Position numbers and translations under genes: made by a program. A model generated the notes under the pieces. It saw only the letters and a list, made by a program, of their open reading frames with translations, did no database searches and was not told the DNA's origin. From Eledone cirrhosa (Eukaryota), in the NCBI GenBank assembly GCA_964016885.1, contig OZ024744.1, forward strand, positions 124,310,001 to 124,374,000: DNA of 64,000 bases, given 5' to 3'. Shown piece by piece: positions 30,001 through 45,000 of this stretch (position 1 is its first letter; each line of letters starts with the position of its first letter).

Positions 30001-33000
30001 TGTCCAACCCATGACAGGTAGGACGATAGTCTGTAATAACTTGTCCAACCCATGTATGTAGGTCAATAGCCTGTAATAACTTGTCCAATCCATGACAGGT
30101 AGGCCAATAGTCTGTAATAACTTGTCCAACCCATGACAAGTAGGACAATAGTCTGTAATAACTTGTCCAACCCATGTATGTAGGACAATAGTCTGTAATA
30201 ACTTGTCCAACCGATGTATGTACGACAATAGTCTGTAATAACTTGTCCAACCCATCTATGTAGGACAATAGTCTGTAATAACTTGTCCAACCCATGACAG
30301 GTAGGACAATAGTCTGTAATAACTTGTCCAACCCATGTATGCAGGACAATAGTCTGTAATAACTTATCCAACCCATGACAGGTAGGACAATAGTCTGTAA
30401 TAACTTGTCCAACCCATGAGAGGTAGGGCAATAGTCTGTAATAACTTGTCCAACCCATGTATGCAGGACAATAGTCTGTAATAACTTGCCCAACCCATGA
30501 CAGGTAGGACAATAGTCTGTAATAACTTGTCCAACCCATGTATGTAGGACAGTAGTCTGTAATAACTTGTCCAACCCATGACAGGTAGGACAATAGTCTG
30601 TAATAACTTGTTCATCCCATGACAGGTAGAACAATAGTCTGTAATAACTTGTCCAACCCATGACAGCTAGGACAATAGTCTGTAATAACTTGTCCAACCC
30701 ATGACAGATAGGACAATAGTCTGTAATAACTTGTCCAACCCATGACATGTAGGACAATAGTCTGTAATAACTTGTCCAACCTATGACAGGTAGGACAATA
30801 GTCTGTAATAACTTGTCCAACCCATGACATGTAGGACAATAGTCTGTAATAACTTGTCCAACCCATGACAGGTAGGACAATAGTCTGTAATAACTTGTCG
30901 AACCCATGTATGTAGTACAATAGTCTGTAATAAATTGTCCAACCCATGACAGGTAGGACAATAGTCTGTAATAACTTGTCCAACCCATGACAGGTAGGAC
31001 AATAATCTGTAATAACTTGTCTAACCCATGACAGGTAGGACAATAGTCTGTAATAACTTGTCCAACCCATGTATGTAGGACAATAGTCTGTAATAACTTG
31101 TCCAACCCATGTATGTAGGACAATAGTCTGTAATAATAATTTGTCCAACCCATGTATGTAGGACAATAGTCTTTAATAACTTGTCCAACCCATGAAAGGT
31201 AGGTCAATAGTCTGTAATAACTTGTCCAACCCATGTATGTAGGACAATAGTCTGTAATAACTTGTCCAACCCATGACATGTAGGACAATAGTCTGTAATA
31301 ACTTGTCCAACCCATGACAGGTAGGACAATAGTCTGTAATACCTTGTCCAACCAATGACAGGTAGGAAAATGGTCTGTAATAACTTGTCCAACCCATGAC
31401 AGGTAGGACAATAATCTGTAATAACTTGTCCAACCCATGACAAGTAGGACAATAGTCTGTAATAACTTGTCCAACCCATGTATGTAGGTCAATAGCCTGT
31501 AATAACTTGTCCAACCCATGACAGGTAGGACAATAGTCTGTAATAACTTGTCCAACCCATGACAAGTAGGACAATAGTCTGTAATAACTTGTCCAACCCA
31601 TGTATGTAGGACAATAGTCTGTAATAACTTGTCCAACCCATGTATGTACGACAATATTCTGTAATAACTTGCTTAACCCATGTATGTAGGACAATAGTCT
31701 GTAATAACTTGTCCAACCCATGTATGTAGGACAATAGTCTATAATAACTTGTCCAACCCATGTATGTAGAACAATAGTCTGTAATAACTTGTCCAACCCA
31801 TGACAGGTAGGACAAAGGTCTGTAATACCTCGTCCAACCCATGACAGGTAGGACAATAGTCTGTAATAACTTGTCCAACCCATGACAGGTAGGACAATAG
31901 TGTGTAATAACTTGTCCAACCCATGACAGGTAGGACAATAGTCTGTAATAACTTGTCCAACCCATGACAGGTAGGACGATAGTCTGTAATAACTTGTCCA
32001 ACCCATGTATGTAGGACAATAGTCTGTAATAACTTGTCCAACCGATGTATGTACGACAATAGTCTGTAATAACTTGCCTAACCCATGTATGTAGGACAAT
32101 AGTCTGTAATAACTTGTCCAACCCATGTATGTAGGACAATAGTCTATAATAACTTGTCCAACCCATGTATGTAGAACAATAGTCTGTAATAACTTGTCCA
32201 ACCCATGACAGGTAGGACAATAGTCTGTAATACCTCGTCCAACCCATGACAGGTAGGACAATAGTCTGTAATAACTTGTCCAACCCATGACAGGTAGGAC
32301 AATAGTCTGTAATAACTTGTCCAACCCATGTATGTAGGACAATAGTCTGTAATAACTTGTCCAACCCATGACAGGTAGGACAATAGTCTGTAATAACTTG
32401 TCCAACCCATGTATGTAGGACAATAGTCTGTAATAACTTGTCCAACCCATGTATGTAGGACAATAGTTTGTAATAACTTGTCCAACCCATGACAGGTAGG
32501 ACAATAGTCTGTAATAACTTGTCCAGCCCATGTATGTAGGACAATAGTCTGTAATAACTTGTCCAACCCATGACAGGTAGGACAATAGTCTGTAATAACT
32601 TGTCCAACCCATGACAGGTAGGGCAATAGTCTGTAATAACTTGTCCAACCCATGTATGTAGGACAATAGTCTGTAATAACTTGTCCAACCCATGACAGGT
32701 AGGACAATAGTCTGTAATAACTTGTCCAACCCATGTATGCAGGACAATAGTCTGTAATAACTTATCCAACCCATGACAGGTAGGACAATAGTCTGTAATA
32801 ACTTGTCCAACCCATGAGAGGTAGGGCAATAGTCTGTAATAACTTGTCCAACCCATGTATGCAGGACAATAGTCTGTAATAACTTGTCCAACCCATGACA
32901 GGTAGGACAATAGTCTGTAATAACTTGTCCAACCCATGCATGTAGGACAATAGTCTGTAATAACTTGTCCAACCCATGTATGTAGGACAGTAGTCTGTAA

Positions 33001-36000
33001 TAACTTGTCCAACCCATGACAGGTAGGACAATAGTCTGTAATAACTTGTCCATCCCATGACAGGTAGGACAATAGTCTGTAATAACTTGTCCAACCCATG
33101 ACAGCTAGGACAATAGTCTGTAATAACTTGTCCAACCCATGACAGATAGGACAATAGTCTGTAATATCTTGTCCAACCCATGACATGTAGGACAATAGTC
33201 TGTAATAACTTGTCCAACCTATGACAGGTAGGACAATAGTCTGTAATAACTTGTCCAACCCATGACATGTAGGACAATAGTCTGTAATAACTTGTCCAAC
33301 CCATGACAGGTAGGACAATAATCTGTAATAACTTGTCCAACCCATGACAGGTAGGACAATAGTCTGTAATAACTTGTCGAACCCATGTATGTAGTACAAT
33401 AGTCTGTAATAAATTGTCCAACCCATGACAGGTAGGACAATAGTCTGTAATAACTTGTCCAATCCATGACAGGTAGGACAATAATCTGTAATAACTTGTC
33501 TAACCCATGACAGGTAGGACAATAGTCTGTAATAACTTGTCCAACCCATGTATGTAGGACAATAGTCTGTAATAATAATTTGTCCAACCCATGTATGTAG
33601 GACAAGTCTTTAATAACTTGTCCAACCCATGAAAGGTAGGTCAATAGTCTGTAATAACTTGTCCAACCCATGTATGTAGGACAATAGTCTGTAATAACTT
33701 GTCCAACCCATGACATGTAGGACAATAGTCTGTAATAACTTGTCCAACCCATGACAGGTAGGACAATAGTCTGTAATACCTTGTCCAACCAATGACAGGT
33801 AGGAGAATAGTCTGTAATAACTTGTCCAACCCATAACAGGTAGGACAATAGTCTGTAATACCTTGTCCAACCAATGACAGGTAGGACAATAGTCTGTAAT
33901 AACTTGTCCAACCCATGTACGTAGGACAATAGTCTGTAATAACTTGTCCAACCCATGACAGGTAGGACAATAGTCTGTAATAACTTGTCCAACCCATGAC
34001 AGGTAGGACAATAGTCTGTAATAACTTGTCCAACCCATGACAGGTAGGACAATAGTCTGTAATAACTTGTCCAACCCATGACAGGTAGGACAATAGTCTG
34101 TAATAACTTGTCCAACCCATGTATGTAGGTCAATAGCCTGTAATAACTTGTCCAACCCATGACAGGTAGGACAATAGTCTGTAATAACTTGTCCAACCCA
34201 TGACAAGTAGGACAATAGTCTGTAATAACTTGTCCAACCCATGTATGTAGGACAATAGTCTGTAATAACTTCTCCAACCCATGTATGTAGGACAATAGTC
34301 TATAATAACTTGTCCAACCCATGTATGTAGGACAATAGTCTGTAATAACTTGTCCAACCCATGACAGGTAGGACAAAGGTCTGTAATACCTCGTCCAACC
34401 CATGACAGGTAGGACAATAATCTGTAATAACTTGTTCAACCCATGACAGGTAGGACAATAGTCTGTAATAACTTGTCCAACCCATGTATGTAGGACAATA
34501 GTCTGTAATAACTTGTCCAACCCATGTATATAGGACAATAGTCTGTAATAACTTGTCCAACCCATGACAGGTAGGACAATAGTCTGTAATAACTTGTCCA
34601 ACCCATGTATGTAGGACAATAGTCTGTAATAACTTGTCCAACCCATGTATGTAGGACAATAGTCTGTAATAACTTGTCCAACCCATGACAGGTAGGGCAA
34701 TAGTCTGTAATAACTTGTCCAACCCATGTATGTAGGACAATAGTCTGTAATAATTTGTCCAACCCATGACAGGTAGGACAATAGTCTGTAATAACTTGTC
34801 CAACCCATGTATGCAGGACAATAGTCTGTAATAACTTGTCCAACCCATGTATGTAGGACAATAGTCTGTAATAACTTGTCCAACCCATGACATGTAGGAC
34901 AATAGTGTGTAATAACTTGTCCAACCCATGACAGCTAGGACAATAGTCTGTAATAACTTGTCCAACCCATGACAGGTAGGACAATAGTCTGTAATAACTT
35001 GTCCAACCCATGACATGTAGGACAATAGTCTGTAATAACTTGTCCAACCCATGACAGGTAGGACAATAGTCTGTAATAACTTGTCGAACGCATGTATGTA
35101 GGACAATAGTCTGTAATAAATTGTCCAACCCATGACAGGTAGGACAATAGTCTGTAATAACTTGTCCAACCCATGCCAGGTAGGACAATAGTCTGTAATA
35201 ACTTGTCCAACCCATGTATGTAGGACAATAGTCTGTAATAACTTGTCCAACCCATGACAGGTAGGACAATAGTCTGTAATAACTTGTCCAGCCCATGCCA
35301 GGTAGGACAAAGTCTGTAATAACTTGTCCAACCCATGACAGGTAGGGCAATAGTCTGTAATAACTTGTCCAACCCATGACAAGTAAGACAATAGTCTGTA
35401 ATAACTTGTCCAACCCATGACAGGTAGGGCAATAGTCTGTAATAACTTGTCCAACCCATGTATGCAGGACAATAGTCTGTAATAACTTGTCCATCCCATG
35501 ACAGGTAGGACAATAGTCTGTAATAACTCGTCCAACCCATGCATGTAGGACAATAGTCTGTAATAACTTGTCCAACCCATGTATGTAGGACAATAGTCTG
35601 TAATAACTTGTCCAACCCATGACAGGTAGGACAATAGTCTGTAATAACTTGTCCATCCCATGACAGGTAGGACAATAGTCTGTAATAACTTGTCCAACCC
35701 ATGACAGCTAGGACAATAGTCTGTAATAACTTGTCCAACCCATGACAGGTAGGACAATAGTCTGTAATAACTTGTCTCGCCCATTACAGGTAGGACAATA
35801 GTCTGTAATAACTTGTCCAACCCATGACAGGTAGGACAATAGTGTGTAATAACTTGTCCAACCCATGACAGGTAGGACAATAGTCTGTAATAACTTGTCC
35901 AACCCATGTATGTAGGACAATAGCCTGTAATAACTTGTCCAACCCATGACAGGTAGTACAATAGTCTGTAATAACTTGTCCAACCCATGACAGGTAGGAC

Positions 36001-39000
36001 AATAGTCTGTAATACCTTGTCCAGCCAATGACAGGTAGGAAAATAGTATGTAATACCTTATCCAACCAATGACAGGTAGGACAATAGTCTGTAATAACTT
36101 GTCCAACCCATGTATGTAGGACAATAGTCTGTAATAACTTGCCCAACGCATGTATGTAGGACAATAGTGTGTAATAACTTGTCCAACCCATGACAGGTAG
36201 GACAATTGTCTGTAATAACTTGTCCAACCCATGTATGTAGGACAATAGTCTGTAATAACTTGTCCAACCTATGACAGGTAGGACAATAGTCTGTAATTAC
36301 TTGCCCAACCCATGACAGGTTGGACCATAGTCGGTAATAACTTGTCCAACGCATGTATGTAGGACAATAGTGTGTAATAACTTGTCCAACCCATGACAGG
36401 TAGGACAATAGTCTGTAATAACTTGTCCAACCCATGTATGTAGGACAATAGTCTGTAATAACTTGTCCAACCCATGACAGGTAGGACAATAGTCTGTAAT
36501 AACTTGTCCAACCCATGACAGGTAGGAAAATAGTCTGTAATAACTTGTCCAACCCATGTATGTAGGACAATAGTGTGTAATAACTTGTCCAACACATGAC
36601 AGCTAGGACAATAGTGTGTAATAACTTGTCCAACCCATGTATGTAGGACAATAGTCTATAATAACTTGTCCAACCCATGTATGTAGGACAATAGTCTGTA
36701 ATAACTTGTCCAACCCATGACAGGTAGGACAAAGGTCTGTAATACCTCGTCCAACCCATGACAGGTAGGACAATAATCTGTAATAACTTGTCCAACCCAT
36801 GACAGGTAGGAAAATAGTCTGTAATAACTTGTCCAACCCATGTATATAGGACAATAGTCTGTAATAACTTGTCCAACCCATGACAGGTAGGACAATAGTC
36901 TGTAATAACTTGTCCAACCCACGACAGGTAGGACAATAGTCTGTAATAACTTGTCCAACCCACGACAGGTAGGACAATAGTCTGTAATAACTTGTCCAAC
37001 CCATGACAGGTAGGGCAATAGTCTGTAATAACTTGTCCAACCCATGACAGGTAGGACAATAGTCTGTAATAACTTGTCCAACCCATGACATGTAGGACAA
37101 TAGTCTGTAATAACTTGTCCAACCCATGACAGGTAGGACAATAGTCTGTAATAACTTGTCGAACCCATGTATGTAGGACAATAGTCTGTAATAAATTGTC
37201 CAACCCATGACAGGTAGGACAATAGTCTGTAATAACTTGTCCAACCCATGCCAGGTAGGACAATAGTCTGTAATAACTTGTCCAACCCATGTATGTAGGA
37301 CAATAGTCTGTAATAACTTGTCCAACCCATGACAGGTAGGACAATAGTCTGTAATAACTTGTCCAGCCCATGCCAGGTAGGACAAAGTCTGTAATAACTT
37401 GTCCAACCCATGACAGGTAGGGCAATAGTCTGTAATAACTTGTCCAACCCATGACATGTAGGACAATAGTCTGTAATAACTTGTCCAACCCATGACAGGT
37501 AGGACAATAGTCTGTAATAACTTGTCGAACCCATGTATGTAGGACAATAGTCTGTAATAAATTGTCCAACCCATGACAGGTAGGACAATAGTCTGTAATA
37601 ACTTGTCCAACCCATGCCAGGTAGGACAATAGTCTGTAATAACTTGTCCAACCCATGTATGTAGGACAATAGTCTGTAATAACTTGTCCAACCCATGACA
37701 GGTAGGACAATAGTCTGTAATAACTTGTCCAGCCCATGCCAGGTAGGACAAAGTCTGTAATAACTTGTCCAACCCATGACAGGTAGGGCAATAGTCTGTA
37801 ATAACTTGTCCAACCCATGACAAGTAGGACAATAGTCTGTAATAACTTGTCCAACCCATGACAGGTAGGGCAATAGTCTGTAATAACTTGTCCAACCCAT
37901 GTATGCAGGACAATAGTCTGTAATAACTTGTCCATCCCATGACAGGTAGGACAATAGTCTGTAATAACTCGTCCAACCCATGCATGTAGGACAATAGTCT
38001 GTAATAACTTGTCCAACCCATGTATGTAGGACAATAGTCTGTAATAACTTGTCCAACCCATGACAGGTAGGACAATAGTCTGTAATAACTTGTCCATCCC
38101 ATGACAGGTAGGACAATAGTCTGTAATAACTTGTCCAACCCATGACAGCTAGGACAATAGTCTGTAATAACTTGTCCAACCCATGACAGGTAGGACAATA
38201 GTCTGTAATAACTTGTCTCGCCCATTACAGGTAGGACAATAGTCTGTAATAACTTGTCCAACCCATGACAGGTAGGACAATAGTGTGTAATAACTTGTCC
38301 AACCCATGACAGGTAGGACAATAGTCTGTAATAACTTGTCCAACCCATGACATGTAGGACAATAGTCTGTAATAACTTGTCCAACCCATGACAGGTAGGA
38401 CAATAGTCTGTAATAACTTGTCGAACCCATGTATGTAGGACAATAGTCTGTAATAAATTGTCCAACCCATGACAGGTAGGACAATAGTCTGTAATAACTT
38501 GTCCAACCCATGCCAGGTAGGACAATAGTCTGTAATAACTTGTCCAACCCATGTATGTAGGACAATAGTCTGTAATAACTTGTCCAACCCATGACAGGTA
38601 GGACAATAGTCTGTAATAACTTGTCCAGCCCATGCCAGGTAGGACAAAGTCTGTAATAACTTGTCCAACCCATGACAGGTAGGGCAATAGTCTGTAATAA
38701 CTTGTCCAACCCATGACAAGTAGGACAATAGTCTGTAATAACTTGTCCAACCCATGACAGGTAGGGCAATAGTCTGTAATAACTTGTCCAACCCATGTAT
38801 GCAGGACAATAGTCTGTAATAACTTGTCCATCCCATGACAGGTAGGACAATAGTCTGTAATAACTCGTCCAACCCATGCATGTAGGACAATAGTCTGTAA
38901 TAACTTGTCCAACCCATGTATGTAGGACAATAGTCTGTAATAACTTGTCCAACCCATGACAGGTAGGACAATAGTCTGTAATAACTTGTCCATCCCATGA

Positions 39001-42000
39001 CAGGTAGGACAATAGTCTGTAATAACTTGTCCAACCCATGACAGCTAGGACAATAGTCTGTAATAACTTGTCCAACCCATGACAGGTAGGACAATAGTCT
39101 GTAATAACTTGTCTCGCCCATTACAGGTAGGACAATAGTCTGTAATAACTTGTCCAACCCATGACAGGTAGGACAATAGTGTGTAATAACTTGTCCAACC
39201 CATGACAGGTAGGACAATAGTCTGTAATAACTTGTCCAACCCATGTATGTAGGACAATAGCCTGTAATAACTTGTCCAACCCATGACAGGTAGTACAATA
39301 GTCTGTAATAACTTGTCCAACCCATGACAGGTAGGACAATAGTCTGTAATACCTTGTCCAACCAATGACAGGTAGGAAAATAGTATGTAATACCTTATCC
39401 AACCAATGACAGGTAGGACAATAGTCTGTAATAACTTGTCCAACCCATGTATGTAGGACAATAGTCTGTAATAACTTGCCCAACGCATGTATGTAGGACA
39501 ATAGTGTGTAATAACTTGTCCAACCCATGACAGGTAGGACAATTGTCTGTAATAACTTGTCCAACCCATGTATGTAGGACAATAGTCTGTAATAACTTGT
39601 CCAACCTATGACAGGTAGGACAATAGTCTGTAATTACTTGCCCAACCCATGACAGGTTGGACAATAGTCGGTAATAACTTGCCCAACGCATGTATGTAGG
39701 ACAATAGTGTGTAATAACTTGTCCAACCCATGACAGGTAGGACAATAGTCTGTAATAACTTGTCCAACCCATGTATGTAGGACAATAGTCTGTAATAACT
39801 TGTCCAACCCATGACAGGTAGGACAATAGTCTGTAATAACTTGTCCAACCCATGACAGGTAGGACAATAGTCTGTAATAACTTGTCCAACCCATGTATGT
39901 AGGACAATAGTGTGTAATAACTTGTCCAACACATGACAGCTAGGACAATAGTGTGTAATAACTTGTCCAACCCATGTATGTAGGACAATAGTCTATAATA
40001 ACTTGTCCAACCCATGTATGTAGGACAATAGTCTGTAATAACTGGTCCAACCCATGTATGTACGACAATAGTGTGTAATAACTTGTCCATCCCATGACAA
40101 GTAGGACAATAGTCTGTAATACCTTATCCAACCAATGACAGGTAGGAAAATAGTCTGTAATAACTTGTCCAACCCATGACAGGTAGGACAATAGTCTGTA
40201 ATACCTTGTCCAACCAATGACAGGTAGGACAATAGTCTGTAATAACTTGTCCAACCCATGACAGGTTGGACAATAGTCTGTAATAACTTGTCCAACCTAT
40301 GACAGGTAGGACAATAGTCTGTAATAACTTGTCCAACCCATATATGTAGGAGAATACTCTGTAATAACTTGTCCAACCCATGACAGGTAGTACAATAGTC
40401 TGTAATAACTTTTCCAACCCATGACAGGTAGGACAATAGTCTGTAAAAACGTGTCCAACCCATGACAGATAGGACAATAGTCTGTAATAACTTGTCCAAC
40501 CCATGTATGTAGGACAATAGTCTGTAATAACTTGTCCAACCCACGTATGTACGACAATAGTGTGTAATAACTTGTCCAACCCATGTATGTAGGACAATAG
40601 TCTGTAATAACTTGTCCAACCTATGACAGGTAGGACAATAGTCTGTAATAACTTGTCCAACCCATGACAGGTAGGACAATACTCTGTAATAACTTGTCCA
40701 ACCCATGTATGTAGGACAATAGTTTGTAATAACTTGTCCAACCCATGACAGGTAGGACAATAGTCTGTAATAACTTGTCCAACCCATGCATGTGGGACAA
40801 TAGTCTGTAATAACTTTTCCAACCCATGTATGTAGGACGATAGTCTGTAATAAGTTGTCCAACCCATGACAGGTAGGACAATAGTCTGTAATAACTTGTC
40901 CAACCCATGTATGTAGGACAATAGTTTGTAATAACTTGTCCAACCCATGACAGGTAGGACAATAGTCTGTAATAACTTGTCCAACCCATGTATGTAGGAC
41001 AATAGTCTGTAATAACTTGTCCAACCCATGTATGTAGGACAATAGTCTGTAATAACTTGTCCTACCCATGTATGTAGGACAATAGTCTGTAATAACTTGT
41101 CCAACCCATGTATGTAGGACAATAGTCTGTAATAACCTGTCCAACCCATGACAGGTAGGACAATAGTCTGTAATAGCTTGTCCAACCCATGACAGGTAAG
41201 ACAATAGTCTGTAATAACTTGTCCAACCCATGACAGGTAGGACAATAGTCTGTAATAACTTGTCCAACCCGTGACAGGTAGAACAATAGTCTATAATAAT
41301 TTGTCCAACCCATGACAGGTAGGACAATAGTCTGTAATAAATTGTTCAACCCATGTATGTAGGACAATAGGCTGTAATAACTTGTCCAACCCATGTATGT
41401 ACGACAATAGTCTGTAATAACTTGTCCAACCCATGTATGTAGGACAATAGTCTCTAATAACTTGTCCAACCCATGACAGGTAGGACAATACTCTGTAATA
41501 ACATGTCCAACCCATGACAGGTAGGACAATAGTCTGTAATAACTTGTCCAACCCATGACAGGTAGGACAATAGTCTGTAATAACTTGTCCAACCCATGTA
41601 TGTAGGACAATAGTCTGTAATAACTTGTCCAACCCATGTATGTAGGACAATAGTCTGTAATAACTTGTCCAACCCATGTATGTAGGACAATAGTCTGTAA
41701 TAACTTGTCCAACCCATGTATGTAGGACGATAGTCTGTAATAACTTGTCCAACCCATGACAGGTAGGACAATAGTCTGTAATAACTTGTCCAACCCATGT
41801 ATGTAGGACAATAGTTTGAATAACTTGTCCAACCCATGACAGGTAGGACAATAGTCTGTAATAACTTGTCCAACCCATGTATGTAGGACAATAGTCTGTA
41901 ATAACTTGTCCAACCCATGTATGTAGGACAATAGTCTGTAATAACCTGTCCAACCCATGACAGGTAGGACAATAGTCTGTAATAACTTGTCCAACTCATG

Positions 42001-45000
42001 ACAGGTAGGACAATAGTCTGTAATAGCTTGTCCAACCCATGACAGGTAAGACAATAGTCTGTAATAACTTATCCAACCCATGCCAGGTAGGACAATAGTC
42101 TGTAATAACTTGTCCAACCCATGTATATAGGACAATAGACTGTAATAACTTGTCCAGCCCATGTATGTAGGACAATAGTCTGTAATAACTTGTCCAACCC
42201 ATGACAGGTAGGACAATAGTCTGTAATAACTTGTCCAACCCATGTATATAGGAAAATAGACTGTAATAACTTGTCCAACCCATGACAGGTAGGACAATAG
42301 TCTGTAATACCTTGTCCAACCAATGACAGGTAGGACAATAGTCTGTAATAACTTGTCCAACCCATGACATGTTGGACAATAGTCTGTAATAACTTGTCCA
42401 ACCTATGACAGGTAGGACAATAGTCTGTAATAACTTGTCCAACCCATGTATGTAGGAGAATACTCTGTAATAACTTGTCCAACCCATGACAGGTAGTACA
42501 ATAGTCTGTAATAACTTTTCCAACCCATGACAGGTAGGACAATAGTCTGTAAAAACTTGTCCAACCCATGACAGGTAGGACAATAGTCTGTAATAACTTG
42601 TGCAACCCATGTATGTAGGACAATAGTCTGTAATAACTTGTCCAACCCATGACAGGTAGGACAATAGTCTGTAATAACTTGTCCAACCCATGTATGTAGG
42701 ACAATAGTCTGTAATAACTTGTCCAACCCACGTATGTACGACAATAGTGTGTAATAACTTGTCCGACCCATGTATGTAGGACAATAGTCTGTAATAACTT
42801 GTCCAATCCATGACAGGTAGGACAATAGTCTGTAATAACTTGTCCAACCCATGTATGTAGGACAATAGTTTGTAATAACTTGTCCAACCCATGACAGGTA
42901 GGACAATAGTCTGTAATAACTTGTCCAACCCATGTATGTAGGACAATAGTCTGTAATAACTTGTCCAACCCATGTATGTAGGACGATAGTCTGTAATAAC
43001 TTGTCCAACCCATGACAGGTAGGACAATAGTCTGTAATAACTTGTCCAACCCATGTATGTAGGACAATAGTTTGTAATAACTTGTCCAACCCATGACAGG
43101 TAGGACAATAGTCTGTAATAACTTGTCCAACCCATGTATGTAGGACAATAGTCTGTAATAACTTGTCCAACCCATGTATGTAGGACAATAGTCTGTAATA
43201 ACTTGTCCTACCCATGTATGTAGGACAATAGTCTGTAATAACTTGTCCAACCCATGTATGTAGGACAATAGTCTGTAATAACCTGTCCAACCCATGACAG
43301 GTAGGACAATAGTCTGTAATAACTTGTCCAACTCATGACAGGTAGGACAATAGTCTGTAATAGCTTGTCCAACCCATGACAGGTAAGACAATAGTCTGTA
43401 ATAACTTGTCCAACCCATGACAGGTAGGACAATAGTCTGTAATAACTTGTCCAACCCGTGACAGGTAGAACAATAGTCTGTAATAATTTGTCCAACCCAT
43501 GACAGGTAGGACAATAGTCTGTAATAAATTGTTCAACCCATGTATGTAGGACAATAGGCTGTAATAACTTGTCCAACCCATGTATGTACGACAATAGTCT
43601 GTAATAACTTGTCCAACCCATGACAGGTAGGACAATACTCTGTAATAACATGTCCAACCCATGACAGGTAGGACAATAGTCTGTAATAACTTGTCCAACC
43701 CATGTATATAGGACAATAGACGGTAATAACTTGTCCAGCCCATGTATGTAGGACAATAGTCTGTAATAACTTGTCCAACCCATGACAGGTAGGACAATAG
43801 TCTGTAATAACTTGTCCAACCCATGTATATAGGACAATAGTCTGTAATAACTAGTCCAACCCATGCCAGGTAGGACAATAGTCTGTAATAACTTGTCCAA
43901 CCCATGTATATAGGACAATAGACTGTAATAACTTGTCCAACCCATGACAGGTAGGACAATAGTCTGTAATACCTTGTCCAACCAATGACAGGTAGGACAA
44001 TAGTCTGTAATAACTTGTCCAACCCATGACAGGTTGGACAATAGTCTGTAATAACTTGTCCAACCTATGACAGGTAGGACAATAGTCTGTAATAACTTGT
44101 CCAACCCATGTATGTAGGAGAATACTCTGTAATAACTTGTCCAACCCATGACAGGTAGTACAATAGTCTGTAATAACTTTTCCAACCCATGACAGGTAGG
44201 ACAATAGTCTGTAAAAACTTGTCCAACCCATGACAGGTAGGACAATAGTCTGTAATAACTTGTGCAACCCATGTATGTAGGACAATAGTCTGTAATAACT
44301 TGTCCAACCCATGACAGGTAGGACAATAGTCTGTAATAACTTGTCCAACCCATGTATGTAGGACAATAGTCTGTAATAACTTGTCCAACCCACGTATGTA
44401 CGACAATACTGTGTAATAACTTGTCCGACCCATGTATGTAGGACAATAGTCTGTAATAACTTGTCCAACCCATGTATGTAGGACAATAGTTTGTAATAAC
44501 TTGTCCAACCCATGACAGGTAGGACAATAGTCTGTAATAACTTGTCCAACCCATGTATGTAGGACAATAGTCTGTAATAACTTGTCCAACCCATGTATGT
44601 AGGACAATAGTCTGTAATAACTTGTCCAACCCATGTCTGTAGGACAATAGTCTGTAATAACTTGTCCAACCCATGTATGTAGGACAATAGTCTGTAATAA
44701 CCTGTCCAACCCATGACAGGTAGGACAATAGTCTGTAATAACTTGTCCAACTCATGACAGGTAGGACAATAGTCTGTAATAGCTTGCCCAACCCATGACA
44801 GGTAAGACAATAGTCTGTAATAACTTGTCCAACCCATGACAGGTAGGACAATAGTCTGTAATAACTTGTCCAACCCGTGACAGGTAGGACAATAGTCTGT
44901 AATAACTTGTCCAACCCATGTATGTAGGACAATAGTTTGTAATAACTTGTCCAACCCATGACAGGTAGGACAATAGTCTGTAATAACTTGTCCAACCCAT

